The translations under genes were made by a program, and so were the position numbers. 34,301 nucleotides of DNA from a virus (Duplodnaviria; Caudoviricetes): IMG/VR virus record IMGVR_UViG_3300010011_000001, positions 1-34,301 of that record; one strand, given 5' to 3'. The notes beneath the pieces were generated by a model. That model made no database searches. It was not told the origin of the DNA and worked only from the letters and a program-made list of their open reading frames with translations. Below, piece after piece: positions 33,165-34,301 of the stretch. How positions within the stretch are numbered: position 1 is the first letter of the stretch; each line of letters opens with the position of its first letter.

Positions 33165-33602
33165 TCCTCTGCGGTTAAAACCTCCCCCCGTCCGTTTTCC
33201 GACATCCGACTCGGCCCAAATTTTACACCAGTTCGAGCCGTCCCAGTACGTGAATACATCTGATACGCCGATGACAAGATCAGCCATTTTACAAATCGCC
33301 CATTTTAAATCATCTTCGTCGGGGAAGCACAAGACGATATCGGGGATGTAGTCCTCGGCATCGCCGGCGAGCCTGTAATCGATGCCGTGCTCGTCGAGGA
33401 TTTCGTAGAAGCGCAAGGGCTCGTCATCCTCTTTGCGCCCCCGATATTCGATGAACGCCTTGCGAATCAATTCCATGTCCGCATTGGGAGCGAATAGGTA
33501 AGCTTCGGTTTCCCAGAATGAAACCTTTTTTGTGAGTTCGTCGGGATCGACGACGACTAACCGATCTTCCCCATATACCTGCCATAACTCAAGTTGTTTC
33601 AT
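33159..33602 (-). CDS. acidic hypothetical protein (YWDGS family), first gene of the main leftward operon
   Basis: SD GAGGAGGGG; immediately downstream of the 33637-33664 promoter. Confidence 0.75.
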   Translation of the reverse strand: MKQLELWQVYGEDRLVVVDPDELTKKVSFWETEAYLFAPNADMELIRKAFIEYRGRKEDDEPLRFYEILDEHGIDYRLAGDAEDYIPDIVLCFPDEDDLKWAICKMADLVIGVSDVFTYWDGSNWCKIWAESDVGKRTGGGFNRRGA

Positions 33603-33636
33603 TCCTGACCCCTCCTCTGGGATATTTGATATCTAT

Positions 33637-33664
33637 ATTGTAGCACCGGTTGTCTACCTGTCAA
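33637..33664 (-). promoter_or_regulatory. strong sigma70-type early promoter
   Basis: Minus strand TTGACA-N16-TACAAT with an extended -10 TGc. Confidence 0.75.
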
Positions 33665-33691
33665 GCGGGAAATGCAAAAAAGATGATGAAG

Positions 33692-33756
33692 TTATCCACG
33701 ACTTTATGTGCAAATTGGGCAGAGTTATCCACATACTTATCCACAAGTTATCCACA
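33692..33756. promoter_or_regulatory. second DnaA-box cluster
   Basis: TTATCCACA at 33725, 33737 and 33748; TTATCCACG at 33692. Confidence 0.8.
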
Positions 33757-34055
33757 ATTATGTCAAAAATGAAACATCTCTCTTGCACATTCAAGTTATG
33801 ACGGATTGGGTGTCAAGGTTTTATATACGTATAGGGGGTATATTTTTGAAAATGTTTGTCAATAGGTAACAAAGTTAGGGATGCATAAAAATATTTACGG
33901 GAAGGCGCATGGTTGTCATGTTGTTACGAATGCTCATGTGATTAATATCACCATTACATTTTTGGGCAAGAATGTGCATTTTTGTGTTGTGCAAATGAGA
34001 GAGAAGGCGAAAGAATGCGATAACCATGCGGGATGAACGAACTTGAAGAAAACAC

Positions 34056-34084
34056 TTGACAAGCAAAAAATTCGGGTGTAGAAT
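34056..34084 (+). promoter_or_regulatory. sigma70-type promoter firing toward the poly(dA) tract
   Basis: TTGACA-N17-TAGAAT; predicted +1 near 34091. Confidence 0.7.
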
Positions 34085-34281
34085 GCGAAGATGGGGGGAG
34101 GCTACAGAGAGGGGGGAGAGAGAAAGAGCATTACTCACTCAGTGAGCGAACTGAGTGAGCGAACGGTAAAAGCAGTTGGGTGGTTTAAGGCGAAGTGTAT
34201 CCTAAAGGATAGGATTCCCTTCCTAGCTGCAAAGACAAAAGCAAAAGACAACTACAGAAACAACTACAAAAGATAGAAGCT

Positions 34282-34301
34282 AAAAAAAAAAAAAAAAAAA
34301 A
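34282..34301. repeat. poly(dA) at right contig end (20 A, truncated)
   Basis: Directly visible. Confidence 0.9.

Noticed and set aside
33159-33200. Programmed frameshift at the G-run before the hairpin in the first early gene
   Set aside because: No canonical X XXY YYZ slippery heptamer at suitable spacing, and the alternative frame adds only a short tail.
29400-33700. CRISPR mini-array near the Cas4-like gene
   Set aside because: No regularly spaced 25-40 bp repeats found by eye.
33761-33862. Three further minus-strand TTGACA hexamers
   Set aside because: None has a credible -10 at the right spacing.

Overview
The window looks like an essentially complete ~34.3 kb tailed phage genome with podovirus architecture (T7/BPP-1-like virion module), broken at a long poly(dA) tract present at both ends. 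The rightward late operon (1821-23526) encodes terminase small and large subunits, portal, scaffold, major capsid, two duplicated decoration proteins, a tail-fibre adaptor, tail tubular proteins A and B, ejection proteins, a distal fibre with chaperones, and a GH108 lysis cassette with holin- and spanin-like genes. The leftward genes (33602-23554 and 1476-567) encode a Cas4-like exonuclease, a putative annealase, two tandem wHTH replication-initiator-like proteins, a divergent DnaB helicase, a PD-(D/E)XK endonuclease and many small proteins. I found no integrase, CI-type repressor, RNA polymerase, DNA polymerase, reverse transcriptase, tRNA or CRISPR array. The most interesting features are non-coding. 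(1) A ~65-nt antisense sRNA with its own promoter and terminator (28374-28438) lies between an RHH/CopG-like gene and the replication genes, and its exposed anti-SD region also matches the start regions of the first early genes. (2) An origin-like region across the contig ends has two clusters of perfect DnaA boxes, a strong promoter driving a G/purine-rich RNA, and the poly(dA) tract. (3) A structured RNA upstream of the capsid gene carries the same asymmetric internal loop twice. (4) The scaffold has a host Prp protease motif (FNLQLFAEE). Host (a diderm Prp-encoding lineage such as Synergistota or Negativicutes) and a plasmid-like prophage state are inferences. All family calls come from motif recognition by eye, not from searches.
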